A stretch of 26,451 nt of DNA, taken from Candidatus Eiseniibacteriota bacterium (GTDB taxonomy: Bacteria > ARS69). The notes under the pieces are model-generated. The model was given only the letters and a program-made list of their open reading frames with translations, did not search any database and was not told where the DNA came from. Shown in pieces: positions 24,198-26,451 of this stretch. The stretch covers positions 1 to 26,451 of the forward strand of contig JBQTGV010000071.1 in the NCBI GenBank assembly GCA_052390515.1, read 5' to 3'. The position numbers were made by a program, and so were the translations under genes. The first letter of the stretch is position 1. Each line of letters begins with the position of its first letter.

Positions 24198-25646
24198 CTA
24201 TCCGTCGCTGACCCGGAACACGTGCACGATGCTTCCGTTGGAGTGCTCGCCCTCGTACGCGCGGGCTTGAAGCACGAAGAGCCGCCGGCCGAGCGGGTCG
24301 TACGCCAGCCCCGAGAACCACGGGTGCCGGCAGTTCGGATCCTCGCCCTTCTCCGGAGTCCGCCACGGGAAGTCGGGCACGAGCCGCTCGTACGGCTGCG
24401 GCTCCCACGGGCGCATCGCGCCGGCGGCCACCTGTCCGAGATCGAACGCGTCGATCAAGTAAAGCTCCGGTTCGTACGGCTGCGAGTGCCAGCCCTTGTC
24501 CGAGTAGCACCCCGGCGGCCCCGGACCGTAGTGACTTCGCCCCCGCCCCTTGGTGCTGCCGATCAGCACCGTCTGTCCCTTGTCCGTCCACACCCAGGTC
24601 ACGACGTACGTGTCGTCGTTGCGGTATTCGCCGCTCAGCCACTTCTTGCCGTTCGTCGGATAGATGAGCAGCGGTACGCCGCCGAGGTCCGCTCCTTCCG
24701 GCGCATCGACGCGCGGCTCGAAGGCGAAGAGCGCCGGCCCTTGCGCGCCGCCGAACGCCCCCGCGGGACGCTGCCGTCCGCTCGCCAGCGTCTTGCCGGG
24801 CGCGTAGGTGGCCGCCCAGGTCGGCGGCACCGCGCACACGTAGCCGTGCGTCTTGTTGGCGTGGAAGGTCTGCGCCGTCGGCCGATTCACGCCGCGCGGG
24901 CCGACGCGCCAGGCGCCCTTCGGATCGCCCAGTGATTCGTCCAGCGTGACGATGCCCACGTTGTCGGTGGCGTCGACGTTGTAGTACTCGTTCATGGCGA
25001 TCCACAAACGCCCGTCCATCCAGGCGAAGCCGCCCAGCCGCCGCATCTTGAACGGCAGCATCACCTTGAAGGTCTCCGCCAGCGAAACGGGCCGCGTGAG
25101 CTGTTCCGCGACGGCGAGCTGCCGCACGTCGTCGCGCTCGGGCATCACCGGCTCCGGCACGGTCAACTCGACGACGCCCTTGCGGCTCGCCACCAGCAGC
25201 GTGCCACGCGACGGCACGTACGTGACGGCGGTGAAGTCCAGGAAGGCCCAGTCCTCCGTGCGCGGGCAGGCGAACGCGCCCTGGTACTCGAAGTCGGACC
25301 ACATGAGCCGGTTGAGAGGACCGGACGGCATTCGGCCATCGGCCGGGGGGATGGTCATCGGCGGCGGAGCGCTGAGCGTCGTGGCAGCGCCGGCCGGCGC
25401 GGAGCCGGTCGACGTGGTGGCGGCATCGAGCGGCGCGGAGGCGGAGTCCATCACGGCGGCCGAATCTGCTGCCGCCGCGGAATCCGCGGCGCGCGCGCCG
25501 GGTGCGCGCGGTTCCGGAGCCGGCGCCTCGGTCCGCTGTCTGCCGCCCCCACGCCGCCTCGGAGCGCCGTCCGCCGCCGGCTCGGGCGCGAGCAGCGTCG
25601 CCGCAAGGAACGCAAGGACCAGCAAGCGGTACCGGTTCCGGATCAT
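24198..25646 (-). CDS. Secreted hypothetical protein, 482 aa, probable beta-rich/propeller domain after a low-complexity linker
   Basis: Signal peptide MIRNRYRLLVLAFLAATLLA; Ala/Pro/Ser-rich linker; globular region DFEYQGAF...GLAYDPLGRRLFV...IVHVFRV. GGAG SD upstream. Confidence 0.75.
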   Translation of the reverse strand: MIRNRYRLLVLAFLAATLLAPEPAADGAPRRRGGGRQRTEAPAPEPRAPGARAADSAAAADSAAVMDSASAPLDAATTSTGSAPAGAATTLSAPPPMTIPPADGRMPSGPLNRLMWSDFEYQGAFACPRTEDWAFLDFTAVTYVPSRGTLLVASRKGVVELTVPEPVMPERDDVRQLAVAEQLTRPVSLAETFKVMLPFKMRRLGGFAWMDGRLWIAMNEYYNVDATDNVGIVTLDESLGDPKGAWRVGPRGVNRPTAQTFHANKTHGYVCAVPPTWAATYAPGKTLASGRQRPAGAFGGAQGPALFAFEPRVDAPEGADLGGVPLLIYPTNGKKWLSGEYRNDDTYVVTWVWTDKGQTVLIGSTKGRGRSHYGPGPPGCYSDKGWHSQPYEPELYLIDAFDLGQVAAGAMRPWEPQPYERLVPDFPWRTPEKGEDPNCRHPWFSGLAYDPLGRRLFVLQARAYEGEHSNGSIVHVFRVSDG

Positions 25647-25747
25647 TCGCCGTCTCTCTCCGCGGAGTGGTGGTTGCAACACCCGCCGGACCCGGCGGTT
25701 CTTCTGCGGCCGCCCCTGCGCCTCTTTCCTCGGCCTCGGCCCAACCT

Positions 25748-26451
25748 CTAATGAGCCGCCGCGGTCTCCGGCAAGAAGTAGAACGCGATGGCCAGAATCA
25801 CGTAGACCGCGAGCAGGAGCACGCCCTCCAGCCAGTTCGATTCGCCGTCCCCGACCACCTGGCCGGTGACGGCCACCGCCAGCGCCACACCCACCACCTC
25901 CGGCAGCGTGAAGAGCAGGTCCATCGGCGCCGGCGCGATCACGTGGCTGAGCAGCACGAGCACCGGCGCGACGAAGAGGGCCACCTGGATGCTGCTGCCG
26001 ATGGCGATGCCCAGCGAGAGATCCATGCGGTTCTTCATCGCCACGAGGATGGCGGTGCTGTGCTCCGCGGCGTTGCCGATGATCGCCACGACGATCACCC
26101 CGACGAAGACGCGCGTCATGCCCAGAGCGTGCCCGGCGTGCTCCACCGTGGCCACGAGGATCTCGCTGATCCAGGCCACCATCGCCGTGGCCGCGCACAG
26201 CACGAGCAGGGAGCGGCGGACCGACCACGTCGCGCCGCTCGGCGGCTCGTGGTGCCCTCCGTCGAAGTAGTGGTGATGCGTGCGCAGCGAGAAGATCAGT
26301 CCGAGCGCGTACGCGGTCAGCAGCACCAAGGAGATGGCCACGCCGAGGGCCTCCTCCCGCGCCGCTCCGCTCTCCGGCGCCGCGTGGTGGAAGACGGCGT
26401 GCAGGATCAGGTCGATGGCAGCCAGCGAAAGCAGCGTGGCCTGCGCGCGGG
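25748..26451 (-). CDS. cax: Calcium/proton antiporter (CaCA family), 5' end outside window
   Basis: Alpha-2 repeat FVGVIVVAIIGNAAEH, IAIGSSIQVALFVAP, DGESNWLEG. Confidence 0.92.
   Translation of the reverse strand, partial: RAQATLLSLAAIDLILHAVFHHAAPESGAAREEALGVAISLVLLTAYALGLIFSLRTHHHYFDGGHHEPPSGATWSVRRSLLVLCAATAMVAWISEILVATVEHAGHALGMTRVFVGVIVVAIIGNAAEHSTAILVAMKNRMDLSLGIAIGSSIQVALFVAPVLVLLSHVIAPAPMDLLFTLPEVVGVALAVAVTGQVVGDGESNWLEGVLLLAVYVILAIAFYFLPETAAAH

Noticed and set aside
1-26451. tRNA (including selC), rRNA, CRISPR array, transposase or integrase
   Set aside because: None was recognisable by eye. A covariance-model search was not possible.

Overview
This is a high-GC bacterial window, probably from a diderm (signal-peptide beta-barrel, Tat and periplasmic proteins); the lineage cannot be assigned from sequence alone. 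1-5200: an all-minus-strand run of small stress/accessory genes (OsmC, a broken GNAT, DUF1772, DUF488, GlsB, ECF sigma, two DoxX, DHFR-like). It also holds gene scraps and what look like three decayed integron attC sites, with no integrase in the window. 5204-12146: a minus-strand housekeeping cluster (SSADH, RimK-associated protease, rimK, divergent RecJ-like DHH protein, nitrilase plus nadE as a split NAD synthetase, rsmI). 12737-19080: the main feature, a complete four-gene periplasmic (Tat) type II DMSO-reductase-family molybdoenzyme operon (alpha, beta, heme-b gamma, TorD-like chaperone). Its motifs resemble periplasmic nitrite oxidoreductases, from memory most like the Ca. Nitrotoga clade. 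19243-26451: DUF4097 protein, selB with a coupled small membrane ORF, a degenerate GT2, xth, an unknown secreted protein and a partial Ca2+/H+ antiporter. All family calls come from motif recognition by eye; no searches were run.
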